A stretch of 64,000 nt of DNA, taken from sequence record OR532817.1. One strand, given 5' to 3'. Of the stretch, positions 17,821 through 30,557 are shown piece after piece. Every line of letters begins with the position of its first letter. The stretch's first letter is position 1. Made by a program: the position numbers and the translations under genes. The notes under the pieces are model-generated. The model made no database searches, was not told the origin of the DNA, and worked only from the letters and a program-made list of their open reading frames with translations.

Positions 17821-17840
17821 TATACTAAAAAGGTACAGTT

Positions 17841-18221
17841 ATGTCCAATAAAGAAGCAGTAAACACTATTCAAGCTATTCTGATTATGGCAAATGATCAA
17901 CCAAACCCAAAAGAACTTGTTATGGCTGGCATGACTGTACTACACCAGTACAACCCAGCTTCACCTAATTTTGTAGGTCAAGCAGAAGCAGAAGAATTTA
18001 AAAAGCATTGGGACTCGTGGATTAAAAATAATATGGAACAAGTGGTATACGTATGTAACTCAGAAGAAGACATGGAACAAATCGAGTACCAGGCTAATAT
18101 GGAATCTATTCCTCTTAGTATTTTCGGTAATGGTGAAAAATGTCTTGTACTTGGACCATTCAGTGCTGAAGATATTGAACGAGTGACACATGAACTCGTT
18201 GAAGGAAGTATTCAGTACTAA
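17841..18221 (+). CDS. degenerate peptidyl-tRNA hydrolase 2 (Pth2)-like protein
   Basis: QAILIM, W...VVYVCNSEEDM, LVLGPFSAEDIERVT match Pth2 scaffold. Confidence 0.55.
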   Translation: MSNKEAVNTIQAILIMANDQPNPKELVMAGMTVLHQYNPASPNFVGQAEAEEFKKHWDSWIKNNMEQVVYVCNSEEDMEQIEYQANMESIPLSIFGNGEKCLVLGPFSAEDIERVTHELVEGSIQY

Positions 18222-18278
18222 TACAATTATAATATAGCACCTCTAAATAATGTATATAACATTAAAATGAGGTGCTAT

Positions 18279-19067
18279 ATGTACGATTATATGGCTGGCA
18301 ATCCAGATGCTCCAAATTTTGATCACAGAGAGAAAATTAAAGATACTATTACACAAATGCTTGGTGCAGGTGCTGTAAATGTAGAACTCACTGATGGTCA
18401 ACTTGAAATTGCAATAGATAATGCAGTGAGTAATTACAGAGCATGGAGTTCTGCATCAAAAGAAGAAGCATTTTTACATTTAAAAATGTTCGATTCACAG
18501 AGTGTTTATGTACTTCCTACTGAAGTTGAAATAGTACATAAAATTTATCGCTACGGAAATGGATATTTAAGTTCTGGACAAGGTTCAGCAACTGACCCTT
18601 TTAGTTTAGCATTCACCAATAGTTATGTCCTCCAATCTGCACGAAATGCAGGTGGTTATGATTTAGCTACTTATGATTTTTCATTCCAATATCAAGAACT
18701 TGTCGCCAGAATGTTTGGAAGAGATATTATTTTTCAATTCAATCCAGTAACAAAGAAATTAGTACTTGATCGTGATATTCGAGGAAATGAAGAAGTATTA
18801 ATTCATGTTTTTCAAAACTTACCAGAACCGATGTTATTCCAGAAACAACAATCGTATCCATGGTTGCGTGATTGGGCTTTATCAGAAGCCATGATCATGT
18901 TAGGTAGAAACCGTAATAAATTTGCCACTCTACCCGGTCCACAAGGTACATTTTCAATGGATGGACAACAGATGCTCGCAGATGGTCAACAATTGCAACA
19001 AGAATTAAAAGAACGATTAAGAAAATACGAAGATGGTTCTCAACCACTTGGTATGATTATTGGATAA
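18279..19067 (+). CDS. neck protein (T4 gp13-like)
   Basis: KIKDTITQMLGA..VNVELTDGQL..AIDNA; WLRDWALSEAM..LG; GAGGTG RBS; TAAATA 18244. Confidence 0.85.
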   Translation: MYDYMAGNPDAPNFDHREKIKDTITQMLGAGAVNVELTDGQLEIAIDNAVSNYRAWSSASKEEAFLHLKMFDSQSVYVLPTEVEIVHKIYRYGNGYLSSGQGSATDPFSLAFTNSYVLQSARNAGGYDLATYDFSFQYQELVARMFGRDIIFQFNPVTKKLVLDRDIRGNEEVLIHVFQNLPEPMLFQKQQSYPWLRDWALSEAMIMLGRNRNKFATLPGPQGTFSMDGQQMLADGQQLQQELKERLRKYEDGSQPLGMIIG

Positions 19068-19086
19068 TTAAAAAAATAAAAAATAA

Positions 19087-19125
19087 AAAAGTACTAATAT
19101 GGGTTTCTGTATTAGTACTTTTATT
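19087..19125 (+). terminator. terminator-like hairpin with AGTACT in both arms
   Basis: AAAAGTACTAATA/TATTAGTACTTTT. Confidence 0.65.
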
Positions 19126-19140
19126 CTATGGTACTGACAA

Positions 19141-21144
19141 ATGACAAATGAAGAATTAAAAGAATTATTAAATTCTAAGAACATAAATTCATGGCCTTAC
19201 TTGTATAAACAGAATATTGAAATACGTGATATTCTTTCAATATATAATATAATACCTAAAACCGATAAAGATATTTTTAAATTATTTTACTTATTCATGA
19301 ATTCATATACTGAAGAACCAAAAGCTTATTGTGGAAAACCAGCAGTGTATTCTAATTATAAGAATGGGTTTTATAAAGTATGTTCTGATTTTAATGTAAA
19401 AGATAAAAATTCTTGTAAAATTTGTACTGAAATGCGTTACAAATCAAGGACTGAAAATACAAAGAAAAGTAATTTGGAAAAATATGGTGTTGAAAATATT
19501 TCACAGATTCAATCCATAAAAGATAAAAAAGAAAAAACATGTATTGAAAAATTTGGTGCAAGTACCAATTTAAAGACTAAGGAAACTAAAGATAAAATAA
19601 AAAATACAAACAGAAAGAAATTTGGCACTGATTATCCTTTACAAAATACTGATATTTTATTAAAACAACAAAATACAAATATAAAACGTTATGGGGTAAA
19701 ATATCAAGGACAACGTGAAGAAGTAAAGAATAAGATCAAAGAAACGAATTTGAAAATTCGTGGAGTTCCTTATGTATTACAGGATGAAAACATTAGGTCA
19801 AAGATCAAAGATACTAATATGAAAAAATATGGTGCTTCTTGTATTTTTTCAACACAATATTATAAAGAAATAATAATTAATACTAATATTAAAAAATACA
19901 ATGCATTATATCCAATGCAGAATTCTGATATTCTTAATAAAAGATGTATGACAAATAATAAATTATATGGTGGTAATTCACCAAGTTGTGATTCTTCAGT
20001 ACTGAATAAAATGAAGAACACTACACTAGAAAGATATGGTGTTGAATATTATTCCCAAAGCGATGAATATAAAATTTATATTCAAGATTCATTGTATATG
20101 GATAGATATGATATAATTTCAACGAATATTGATTATAATTATATTCCTCTTTTTGATGAAGATGATTTGATATTCAGAACCAACATGGATTTATTACCAT
20201 TTTGGTGTAATTATTGTGATGATTTATTCTATTCTAAACACAAACAAAATAATATCAAATGTAATTGTCAAATAAAACATGGAGTATCTATTAAAGAATT
20301 AGAGTTAAGAAATTATATAGTATCGTTAATTCCAGATGAAGATATCATTTTCAATGATCGTACTATTCTTAATGGGAAGGAACTTGACATTTATATACCT
20401 AATTTGAATTTAGCATTTGAATTTAATGGTATGTATTGGCACAGTAATAATATTATAGACAAAAATATGCACCAAAACAAAGTACTACAATGTAAAGAAC
20501 AAGGTATTAATTTAATTCATGTTTTTGAAGATGAGTGGGATTCCAAAAATGAATTAATTAAAAATCGCATTAAAAGTAAATTAAATAAATCTCCAAAAAT
20601 TTATGCAAGAAAATGCACAGTTGGTAATGTCGATAATACTACATACAAAGATTTTTGTAATTTATTTCATATTCAGGGTTACACTGAAGCAAAAATCAAA
20701 ATTGGATTGTATTATGATTATGAACTGGTTGCTGTAATGTCATTTGGAGCACCGAGAAACAAAAGTGATAAAATTAAATATGAATATGAATTAATTCGTT
20801 ACTGTTCAGATGGTTCAGTTATTGGTGGTGCTTCAAAAATACTCAAATATTTTGAAAAGAAATATAAACCAAAATCACTAATGTCATATGCAGATATGAA
20901 CTGGAGTAATGGGAACTTATATTCAGTACTGGGATTCACTGAAGAGTCATATACCAAACCTGGGTATTTTTATTATAACAAAGAAACCAACGAACGAATT
21001 TCCAGACAACGTTGTCAAAAACATAAACTGGTTAAATTGGGATATGATAGTAATTTAACTGAAACTACAATCTGTTGTGATATTATTGGATATCTAAAAA
21101 TTTACGATAGTGGTAATTTAAAATACGTTAAAAAATATCAATAA
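19141..21144 (+). CDS. free-standing Hef-like homing endonuclease
   Basis: multiple N..KYG repeats; ELDIYIPNLNLAFEFNGMYWH PD-(D/E)xK-like domain; IYARKC...YDSGNLKY C-terminal domain; very AT-rich. Confidence 0.75.
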   Translation: MTNEELKELLNSKNINSWPYLYKQNIEIRDILSIYNIIPKTDKDIFKLFYLFMNSYTEEPKAYCGKPAVYSNYKNGFYKVCSDFNVKDKNSCKICTEMRYKSRTENTKKSNLEKYGVENISQIQSIKDKKEKTCIEKFGASTNLKTKETKDKIKNTNRKKFGTDYPLQNTDILLKQQNTNIKRYGVKYQGQREEVKNKIKETNLKIRGVPYVLQDENIRSKIKDTNMKKYGASCIFSTQYYKEIIINTNIKKYNALYPMQNSDILNKRCMTNNKLYGGNSPSCDSSVLNKMKNTTLERYGVEYYSQSDEYKIYIQDSLYMDRYDIISTNIDYNYIPLFDEDDLIFRTNMDLLPFWCNYCDDLFYSKHKQNNIKCNCQIKHGVSIKELELRNYIVSLIPDEDIIFNDRTILNGKELDIYIPNLNLAFEFNGMYWHSNNIIDKNMHQNKVLQCKEQGINLIHVFEDEWDSKNELIKNRIKSKLNKSPKIYARKCTVGNVDNTTYKDFCNLFHIQGYTEAKIKIGLYYDYELVAVMSFGAPRNKSDKIKYEYELIRYCSDGSVIGGASKILKYFEKKYKPKSLMSYADMNWSNGNLYSVLGFTEESYTKPGYFYYNKETNERISRQRCQKHKLVKLGYDSNLTETTICCDIIGYLKIYDSGNLKYVKKYQ

Positions 21145-21168
21145 CTCTTTTCTTAAAAGGATAATTAT

Positions 21169-21795
21169 GTGAAAAGAAATATAGTTGCAATCAATGGAAC
21201 AATAGGGAGTGGGAAAGATACTTTTGCACAAGCATTTATTGACAATGGATACACGAGATTATCTTTTGCCAAAAATCTAAAAGATACTGTATCAGCAATA
21301 TTTGGATGGGATCGTGAAATGCTCGAAGGTACAACACCAGAAAGTAGAAAAATTCGTGAAATGGTTGATCCCTACTGGTGTGAAAAATTAGGACGAAATG
21401 ATGTTTCTCCGAGATGGGTGCTACAAAATTTTGGTACAAATGTACTTCGTAAGCATTTCCATGATAACATTTGGGTTTTTAGTTTAGAAAAAACAATGAA
21501 CCAAATAGAAGGTAACATTATTATTACTGATTGTAGATTTCCTAATGAACTTGAAATGATTCGTAAAAATAATGGAATAGTTATTGAAGTACAAAGAACA
21601 ATTCCATATTGGTATGGTTTGGCATCAGAATACAATAAAGGATTTATTAATATTCTACCAGTTGAACTGGAAGATATTCATGAATCAGAATGGAAATGGA
21701 TTGGTGTAAACGAACCAGATTATGTTGTAAAAAATACAGAAACCCTTCAATCTCTTCAGGATAAAGCATTAAAAATTATTTCATTAATGAAATAA
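21169..21795 (+). CDS. deoxynucleoside monophosphate kinase (T4 gp1-like)
   Basis: GTIGSGKDT, SFAKNLK, R..LQNFGT, ITDCRFPNE. Confidence 0.9.
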   Translation: MKRNIVAINGTIGSGKDTFAQAFIDNGYTRLSFAKNLKDTVSAIFGWDREMLEGTTPESRKIREMVDPYWCEKLGRNDVSPRWVLQNFGTNVLRKHFHDNIWVFSLEKTMNQIEGNIIITDCRFPNELEMIRKNNGIVIEVQRTIPYWYGLASEYNKGFINILPVELEDIHESEWKWIGVNEPDYVVKNTETLQSLQDKALKIISLMK

Positions 21796-21890
21796 TTTTC
21801 TCATTTCTAACATCCCTCATTAATCCTCCAATAAATAATACTATACGAGAATAATCGAATAGAACCAAATTATTTTTGGAGGATTTTTTT

Positions 21891-24557
21891 ATGGCAGATT
21901 TAATCAGCCCAGGAGTTGACGTACAGATTACTGATGAAAGTATTAGTACTGCATCCACTCCAGGAACTGTACCCCTATTTGTTTTAGCCACTGCTCAAGA
22001 TAAATTAGTACCTGGATCAACTTCAATTGCATCCGCTACAACTCAAGCGAATGCTAATACACTACAACTAGTAACATCACAGAAAAATGTACTTGATCTG
22101 TTTGGTACTCCAGTTTTTCAGGTTGACAGCACCGGAAGCGTAGTTCAGGGTGATGAACTAAATGAATATGGTTTACATGCAGTATATTCCTATATGGGAA
22201 TTTCTAACCGTGCATATGTTGTACGTGCAGATCTCGATCTAGCACAACTATCACCAAGATCAACTGCTCCAACTGGCCCAGTTTCTAACGGTACCCTTTG
22301 GTTAGATATGACTTCTTCTCAAGTAGAAGCCTATATTGCTAAAGTGGCAAACCCATCAAGTTTCCATGACTGGGAATTAAAAACAGTACATATGGTAACT
22401 GCTGAGGATGTTGATGATGTTGATACTACAGAATATAATATTGACGATTTGGTATTGCGTTTTAAACCAAGTAATGGTCAATTTTTAATGTATAAACTTG
22501 AAGTACAAGGTCTGGTGCAACCAAACACCATTCTTTCACTAATCAATAAAGTACCTACTGGTGCAAATATTGCTGTTGGTGATGTGTGGATCCGTGATGG
22601 TTATACACAAAATGGTTCCAATTATTTTGGTACTCGTTTTGTAATTAAACGTTATATGTCACTTACTGGTGTATGGACTGTAGTACCAACTTATACAGGT
22701 AACAACTTCGCTGAAATCGAATCTAAGAGTGGTGTTTTCAATACAAGTTATATTGCATCTCGATTTGATTTAGATAGTAATAGTTTTTCTTTTTATCTAC
22801 AGAGTGGAAAAACAGTATCACAAAATAGTCCTGCTGTTCCAGTCGGTGAACTAACTCCGACCACTGCTACTCAAATTTCATATTTAACTTTCTCTTATCT
22901 GGATAAAGTTACAAAACTTGTAGCAGTTAAACAAGGTGAAACTATTAATACCGCAACAATAATTAGTAATATTTCTTCAAGTAAAGATATGGCTAATGCA
23001 GGTTTTAGTTTTGTCCGAGATTCAAATGGTGCTCTGGTTGTTAGCAACAAAAATGGCTATAGTTTCAAGACTACTCAAACTGGTGATGTACTATTCAGTA
23101 ATACTGAATTTGCTAAACTATCAGTTGTTGAAAGTTCAAACTATTCTATTCTGAATCCTAATAATTTCAAAGGCAACACTGATACCCCAACCAGTATTGC
23201 TAAAGATGGTACTTATTGGTATGATTTTTCGAATAGTGATAACTTGACTGTTACTATGTATACCGCTGATTATGCAACTGATTCATGGAAACTTGTTGAC
23301 AGTTCTAATCAATATGTACAAGTCGATGAACCCACTGCTGATCGTGAATTCTGGGTACTACCACTTTCACAAGGTGTTGATGGTTATGTTTTCTATCGTA
23401 ACATCAACGGTTCATGGGTTAAACTTGATACTACGGATCAAAGTACCCTTAACGGCATGATTTTCGAAGATTTTAACTTCCCTGATACTGTACCAGCACC
23501 AGAATTATATCAAAACTCTATGCTCGCTATCGACATGGGTAATACTGAAGGTGTTGTAAAGAAAATGGAAGATGGCGAATGGCACGTAGTTAGTGGTACT
23601 AACCTAAGTGGTAGTGGTCTTTTCGGTCGTGCCGCACAGCGTCAAATTGTTGTACAAGCACTTCAAGCAGTACTGGTAGGTAATGAAGATATTCGTTCTG
23701 AATGGATTAGCTATAACCTAATCTGTGTTCCTGGATATGTTGAAACACTGGATGAATGCGTGACTCTTAACGTAGATCGTAAAGAAACTGCGTTCATTAT
23801 TACTGATGTTCCAGCACGATTAGATCCAACTGGTAATGGTAATGATGTACAAGCATGGGCCAGCAATGCAAATAATGCGGCTAGTAATGGTGACGTTGGT
23901 CGTACAACCACTTATGACTATGCTGCTGAATACATGGGATGGTGCCTGAGTACTAACGTTGACGGTACCGAAATCGCAGTTCCAGGTAGTACTGTAGCAA
24001 TGCGTACTATTGCTTATAGTGATAGTATCAGTCATGTTTGGAACCCACCAGCAGGTACTTCAAACGGTGTTGTTACCAATGCAAGTTCTGTAGGTTTTAT
24101 TAACTCAGAAGGTGAATATCAATCTGTTCAGTACTCTGAAGGACAACGTGATGTGATGTACTCAAACAATATTAACCCTATTGCTATGCGTCCAACTCGT
24201 GGTCTTCTAATTTGGGGTCAAAAAACACTAAGTGCTGACAGTACTTCTGCATTAAGTCGTGTTAACGTTGCTCGTCTGATGTGTTATATTCGCAAACAAG
24301 TTGCTATCATTGCTGAACCATTCCTATTCCGACTGAATACACCAAGTACTCGTCAGGAATTCACTGGTGTGATGAATGCATTCTTCAGTGAATTAGTGCA
24401 AAATAATGCACTATATGATTTTACCGTAGTGTGTGATGAGAGTAATAACACTTCTGCCCGTATCGACCGTAACGAACTGTGGTGTGATATTGCAGTACAA
24501 CCAGTACGAGCAATTGAATTCATCTATATTCCAATTCGTATTGAAAATACTCAATAA
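21891..24557 (+). CDS. tail sheath protein (gp18-like)
   Basis: LISPGVDVQITDES start; NINPI...IWGQKTL..SALSRVNVARL; AIEFIYIPI; GGAGG RBS; TAAATA 21832. Confidence 0.93.
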   Translation: MADLISPGVDVQITDESISTASTPGTVPLFVLATAQDKLVPGSTSIASATTQANANTLQLVTSQKNVLDLFGTPVFQVDSTGSVVQGDELNEYGLHAVYSYMGISNRAYVVRADLDLAQLSPRSTAPTGPVSNGTLWLDMTSSQVEAYIAKVANPSSFHDWELKTVHMVTAEDVDDVDTTEYNIDDLVLRFKPSNGQFLMYKLEVQGLVQPNTILSLINKVPTGANIAVGDVWIRDGYTQNGSNYFGTRFVIKRYMSLTGVWTVVPTYTGNNFAEIESKSGVFNTSYIASRFDLDSNSFSFYLQSGKTVSQNSPAVPVGELTPTTATQISYLTFSYLDKVTKLVAVKQGETINTATIISNISSSKDMANAGFSFVRDSNGALVVSNKNGYSFKTTQTGDVLFSNTEFAKLSVVESSNYSILNPNNFKGNTDTPTSIAKDGTYWYDFSNSDNLTVTMYTADYATDSWKLVDSSNQYVQVDEPTADREFWVLPLSQGVDGYVFYRNINGSWVKLDTTDQSTLNGMIFEDFNFPDTVPAPELYQNSMLAIDMGNTEGVVKKMEDGEWHVVSGTNLSGSGLFGRAAQRQIVVQALQAVLVGNEDIRSEWISYNLICVPGYVETLDECVTLNVDRKETAFIITDVPARLDPTGNGNDVQAWASNANNAASNGDVGRTTTYDYAAEYMGWCLSTNVDGTEIAVPGSTVAMRTIAYSDSISHVWNPPAGTSNGVVTNASSVGFINSEGEYQSVQYSEGQRDVMYSNNINPIAMRPTRGLLIWGQKTLSADSTSALSRVNVARLMCYIRKQVAIIAEPFLFRLNTPSTRQEFTGVMNAFFSELVQNNALYDFTVVCDESNNTSARIDRNELWCDIAVQPVRAIEFIYIPIRIENTQ

Positions 24558-24561
24558 TATC

Positions 24562-24594
24562 AAAAAGGGAACTTTCGAGTTCCCTTTTTTATTT
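24562..24594 (+). terminator. intrinsic terminator
   Basis: AAAAAGGGAACT-TTCG-AGTTCCCTTTT. Confidence 0.85.
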
Positions 24595-24677
24595 TATAAG
24601 TTAGTACAGGTTGTGGTTATTTCTCCAATAAATAAATATAAAGAGAATTATATATTCCTTAGTGGAGAAATTATAAT

Positions 24678-25361
24678 ATGGCGACAATGCTTGATAAGTA
24701 TGGCGTCCCCATTAGTGGCGGCGGCAATATGATGAAAAGCCCTAAACCAAAATATCGATACAGAGTTATCTTTTTTGGTTTTGGTGCAAATGACGATGGT
24801 AACATGATTACCCTTGATACCAATACCGTAGGTGCAGTTAGTGTATCACATGAAAATGTAACTGTTCATAGTTATAACTCAAGTGCACATTACAAAGGGA
24901 AATATTCATGGAACACAATTGAAGTTGCATTCCGTGATTCTGTTGGTAATGACAGTGCTAAAGCAGTTTATAACCAAATGCGTAAAGAGTTTAACTATTA
25001 TACACAGGAATCACGCACTTCTGATTCACAATTTAAATTCGAAATGTGGATTCAGGAACTGGATGGTAGTAACTCATCTGAACGTACCAATTTATTTCAG
25101 GGTACTCTGAGTACTTGGGTTTGTCAGGGTTGTTTTATTACTGAAACCAACTTTGGTGAATGGGATTATTCCAGTTCTGATCCACAAGTTATTACCATGA
25201 CAGTTCAACCAGATGGTTGTGCTAAACTTGGGCCTACTGGTCTTCCATTCGGTGATGAAGTTTCCGGTAATGGTACTCCAGAAGGTGCTTCTTCTATTAG
25301 TGGTGCACAAACGGTCATTAATGAAACATCTATAACTGATAGTAACTTCTATACTTCATAA
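24678..25361 (+). CDS. tail tube protein (gp19-like), paralog 1
   Basis: PKPKYRYRVIF, WNTIEVAFRD, FGEWDYSSSDPQVITMTV; follows sheath. Confidence 0.8.
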   Translation: MATMLDKYGVPISGGGNMMKSPKPKYRYRVIFFGFGANDDGNMITLDTNTVGAVSVSHENVTVHSYNSSAHYKGKYSWNTIEVAFRDSVGNDSAKAVYNQMRKEFNYYTQESRTSDSQFKFEMWIQELDGSNSSERTNLFQGTLSTWVCQGCFITETNFGEWDYSSSDPQVITMTVQPDGCAKLGPTGLPFGDEVSGNGTPEGASSISGAQTVINETSITDSNFYTS

Positions 25362-25409
25362 TTTATTTGATAAATAATAAAGTATGTTTCATATAACTTC
25401 CTTGTAAAC

Positions 25410-25445
25410 AAAAGCTCCGATGTTTTTAGCATCGGAGCTTTTTTT
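25410..25445 (+). terminator. intrinsic terminator
   Basis: AAAGCTCCGATG/CATCGGAGCTTT + T tract. Confidence 0.85.
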
Positions 25446-25501
25446 GTTTATCATATTTGCTAAATAATAGATAAAACCTAATATAATACAGAGGTTAAAG
25501 T

Positions 25502-26275
25502 ATGGCTGATATGCTATCCAAATACGGTGTACCTATGCCGAGTGGTAAAAATAAAACTATGCTACAACCTAAAGCACAATATAAATTCAGAGTTATTGTA
25601 TACAATTTCGGTACCGAAATTGATGAACGAGATCATATTGCTTTAGATGTTGACAAAGTTGACAGACCAAGTATTTCATTTTCGACACATAAATTATATC
25701 AGTTCACAACTAACACATCATATATCGGTAGTTATGACTGGAAAGAAATTAAATTAACAATCAGGGATTCGATTGGTAATGACAGTGCAAAAGCAGTATC
25801 AAGACAATTACAAAAACAAAAAGATTTCCAACGAAGAATTACTTCTAAATCCGAACAGGATTATGCTGGATATAAATTCGGTATGATCATTCAGATGCTA
25901 AATGGGAGAAACTATGATGATAGTCTCGAATCATTGGGTAGGAACACGGCCACCAGTGTAGCTAGTGCAGTTACAAATAATACCGGACTGGTTAATGCAA
26001 TTGATAAATTCATTGGTGGTTCAACTTATAACACATCAGGTGTAATGGAATATTTTGTATGCACTGGGTGCATTATCACTGATATCAGTTATGATTCACT
26101 TGATTATGGGTCAAGTTCACCAGTTACTATGCAACTTACTATTAAACCAGATAGCTGTCTACAATTTGATGATATAGAAGAAATGTATAAAGTTAGAGTT
26201 AGTTCACTTCTCCCAGATAGTGTTAATCAGGGTCTTGATATTTTAGATCGTGTACTCGGTAGTACTGGAATTTAA
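25502..26275 (+). CDS. tail tube-like protein, paralog 2
   Basis: PKAQYKFRV, WKEIKLTIRD, LDYGSSSPVTMQL. Confidence 0.75.
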   Translation: MADMLSKYGVPMPSGKNKTMLQPKAQYKFRVIVYNFGTEIDERDHIALDVDKVDRPSISFSTHKLYQFTTNTSYIGSYDWKEIKLTIRDSIGNDSAKAVSRQLQKQKDFQRRITSKSEQDYAGYKFGMIIQMLNGRNYDDSLESLGRNTATSVASAVTNNTGLVNAIDKFIGGSTYNTSGVMEYFVCTGCIITDISYDSLDYGSSSPVTMQLTIKPDSCLQFDDIEEMYKVRVSSLLPDSVNQGLDILDRVLGSTGI

Positions 26276-26284
26276 GGAGAATAT

Positions 26285-28444
<2,160 letters not shown>

Positions 28445-28481
28445 ATTAAACGACAACTTTATATTAATTTTGGAGTTATTA

Positions 28482-29030
28482 ATGATTAATTTACAAAAAA
28501 TTCTCACCGATAATAAGCCTGTATATGAATACAGGATTAAATTTGCAACTGAACCGAGTACTGAAGACTTGAGTAAAATTACTCAACGACTTACAGATCG
28601 TTATGATGCATTTGAAATTGGTGCAGTTAAGAAAACTATTTTTATGGATAAACCACTTGATTTTTATGATATGGATTGTGGTGAAATCTGGATGTTTGAT
28701 TTTAAATGTAATCGTGGAGTACAAACCAATGTTCTTACTTATGAAATTGGTAATCTTCTGAGTATGAGTGAAGCACTAATTCGAGTGCGTAGTAAAGATT
28801 CACCAACTCAAATTGAAATGTCAATTAGTGAAGATGACATTGATTTTGATACAGTAGAAGTAATTGGCGTTGATGTAGGTGCGGCTGTTGATAGCACTGG
28901 AATTGCTGGTCAGGAACGTGCAGATCAAGCAGTGAAAGATTCACTTAAAGCATCTGAAGAAGTAAGGGGAGCACACAAAAAAGATAAGTACACTCACTAT
29001 ATGAGTGCGGCTTTTGGTAATAAGGAATAA
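28482..29030 (+). CDS. putative virion protein
   Basis: GGAG RBS, TAAATA 28438. Confidence 0.65.
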   Translation: MINLQKILTDNKPVYEYRIKFATEPSTEDLSKITQRLTDRYDAFEIGAVKKTIFMDKPLDFYDMDCGEIWMFDFKCNRGVQTNVLTYEIGNLLSMSEALIRVRSKDSPTQIEMSISEDDIDFDTVEVIGVDVGAAVDSTGIAGQERADQAVKDSLKASEEVRGAHKKDKYTHYMSAAFGNKE

Positions 29031-29034
29031 TAAT

Positions 29035-29580
29035 ATGAGTTTATTTGATGAAGTAATTACACATAATACCGAACTTCAAGAAGACCGTCCATATAGCCGC
29101 ACACAGGGTGCTATTGATGCTGCTAAAGGTAAAGTCAAAGGTATGTTTGGCTCGGGTCAGGTAGAGCAAGGTGCACAAGAAGTTGGTGCAGAAGCTAACA
29201 AGTACTGGAACGAATTTAAACGCTATATTGGTAGAAAATATGGTAAATCCCAAAGTACGGTTCCATATAGTGATGTTGAAGAGTTCTTTAAAGGGAATAA
29301 TCTTGATACTAAGTTTCTTGGTAACAACAATCGTCGTTCATTTACTCCCAAAGATGTAGGTAATGCACTATTACAGGCAGTTCGTCAGGAAATGAATGAT
29401 TATAAAAAACAGGAAGAACCAAAACAAGAACAACCAAAACAACAGGATGACACTACTACACAAGAACGTCCTTCTACTGGTTCAGATCAGGGACAACCGG
29501 GTTCGTCTGATTCTCTAAATAATGAAATACAGAGACTTACACCAGCAGAACGCAGTCAATTACTTTCCCTGCTGGCATAA
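29035..29580 (+). CDS. putative internal head protein
   Basis: N-terminal ELQE|D motif, low-complexity linker. Confidence 0.55.
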   Translation: MSLFDEVITHNTELQEDRPYSRTQGAIDAAKGKVKGMFGSGQVEQGAQEVGAEANKYWNEFKRYIGRKYGKSQSTVPYSDVEEFFKGNNLDTKFLGNNNRRSFTPKDVGNALLQAVRQEMNDYKKQEEPKQEQPKQQDDTTTQERPSTGSDQGQPGSSDSLNNEIQRLTPAERSQLLSLLA

Positions 29581-29591
29581 GAGGTGATTGA

Positions 29592-30539
29592 ATGTTAAAT
29601 GAATTCAAAAATGGTGTGACCGTGCCAAATGGGTATGTTTACACCAGTAAAACAGGTGCACGTTATGTTTTTCTGGAGTGTATGTGGTTTAATGAAAGTA
29701 ATATGATGCTTGTTGATCCTCAAAAATATGGTAATATGTATTTGAGTGCAGTTGCACAGATCAATGAATACAATTCATCTTCTAATGAATACAAAATTGG
29801 TAATACATATAACAAAGATAACAAAACTTGTGTTTTTCTTGGTGAATCACGATTTATTACTGAAAATGGCACTATCATCAATGAAGACGATGAAAATACC
29901 AACCAGGTACCAAATGGTATCAGAATCACATCAAAAAATGGTAATGTTTACCAGAAAAAAGATGGTCAGTGGTTTAACATTGAAACCAAAAAAGCACTGA
30001 ATAGTTCAGCGGCACAGGGTGCAGAACGTAGTGCACAAAAAATGATTCAAATTCATAATTCAAATGAAGATAACATAAAAATTGGTAGTACTGTTACTTC
30101 TAAATCAAACAAAACCTATACTTATCTTGGTGGTGATCGTTTTATGGATGCTGGTGGTAGATTATTACCAAAAAGTACTGCTCAAGCTTTAATTCAAAAA
30201 CACAAAGATGAAAAAAGTTCTGGGAAAGAAGAAGATGAACAAAAAACTGATTCATCCGATGATACCAGTACTAATACCACTGACAACACCAATACCACTG
30301 ATAATACAAATAGTTCAGATGATACTTCTGGTGGTACTGGTGATACAGATAATCAAAGTTCTGATAATCCAATGCAAGAACTTGCTGATAAAATTAATGC
30401 ATCTCCATATGCACGTAAAATTAAAGTTCTATTAACTCGTGCTGATAAAGTATCTTTGTTAGCCGCTGATATTTTTCTTAGTGGGAAACGAGAAGAAGTT
30501 ACACAATTTATCAAATCATTAAATAATAATAATGAATAA
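29592..30539 (+). CDS. putative internal head protein with duplicated TSKxxxxY modules
   Basis: YTSKTGARY / ITSKNGNVY / VTSKSNKTY repeats; T/D/S linker. Confidence 0.55.
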   Translation: MLNEFKNGVTVPNGYVYTSKTGARYVFLECMWFNESNMMLVDPQKYGNMYLSAVAQINEYNSSSNEYKIGNTYNKDNKTCVFLGESRFITENGTIINEDDENTNQVPNGIRITSKNGNVYQKKDGQWFNIETKKALNSSAAQGAERSAQKMIQIHNSNEDNIKIGSTVTSKSNKTYTYLGGDRFMDAGGRLLPKSTAQALIQKHKDEKSSGKEEDEQKTDSSDDTSTNTTDNTNTTDNTNSSDDTSGGTGDTDNQSSDNPMQELADKINASPYARKIKVLLTRADKVSLLAADIFLSGKREEVTQFIKSLNNNNE

Positions 30540-30557
30540 TTAAAAGGATTTATTGAA

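Noticed and set aside
30255-30360. AATACCACTGA(C/T)AA tandem repeats as a CRISPR/guide array
   Set aside because: Short in-frame coding repeats (TTDN) in a linker, with no unique spacers
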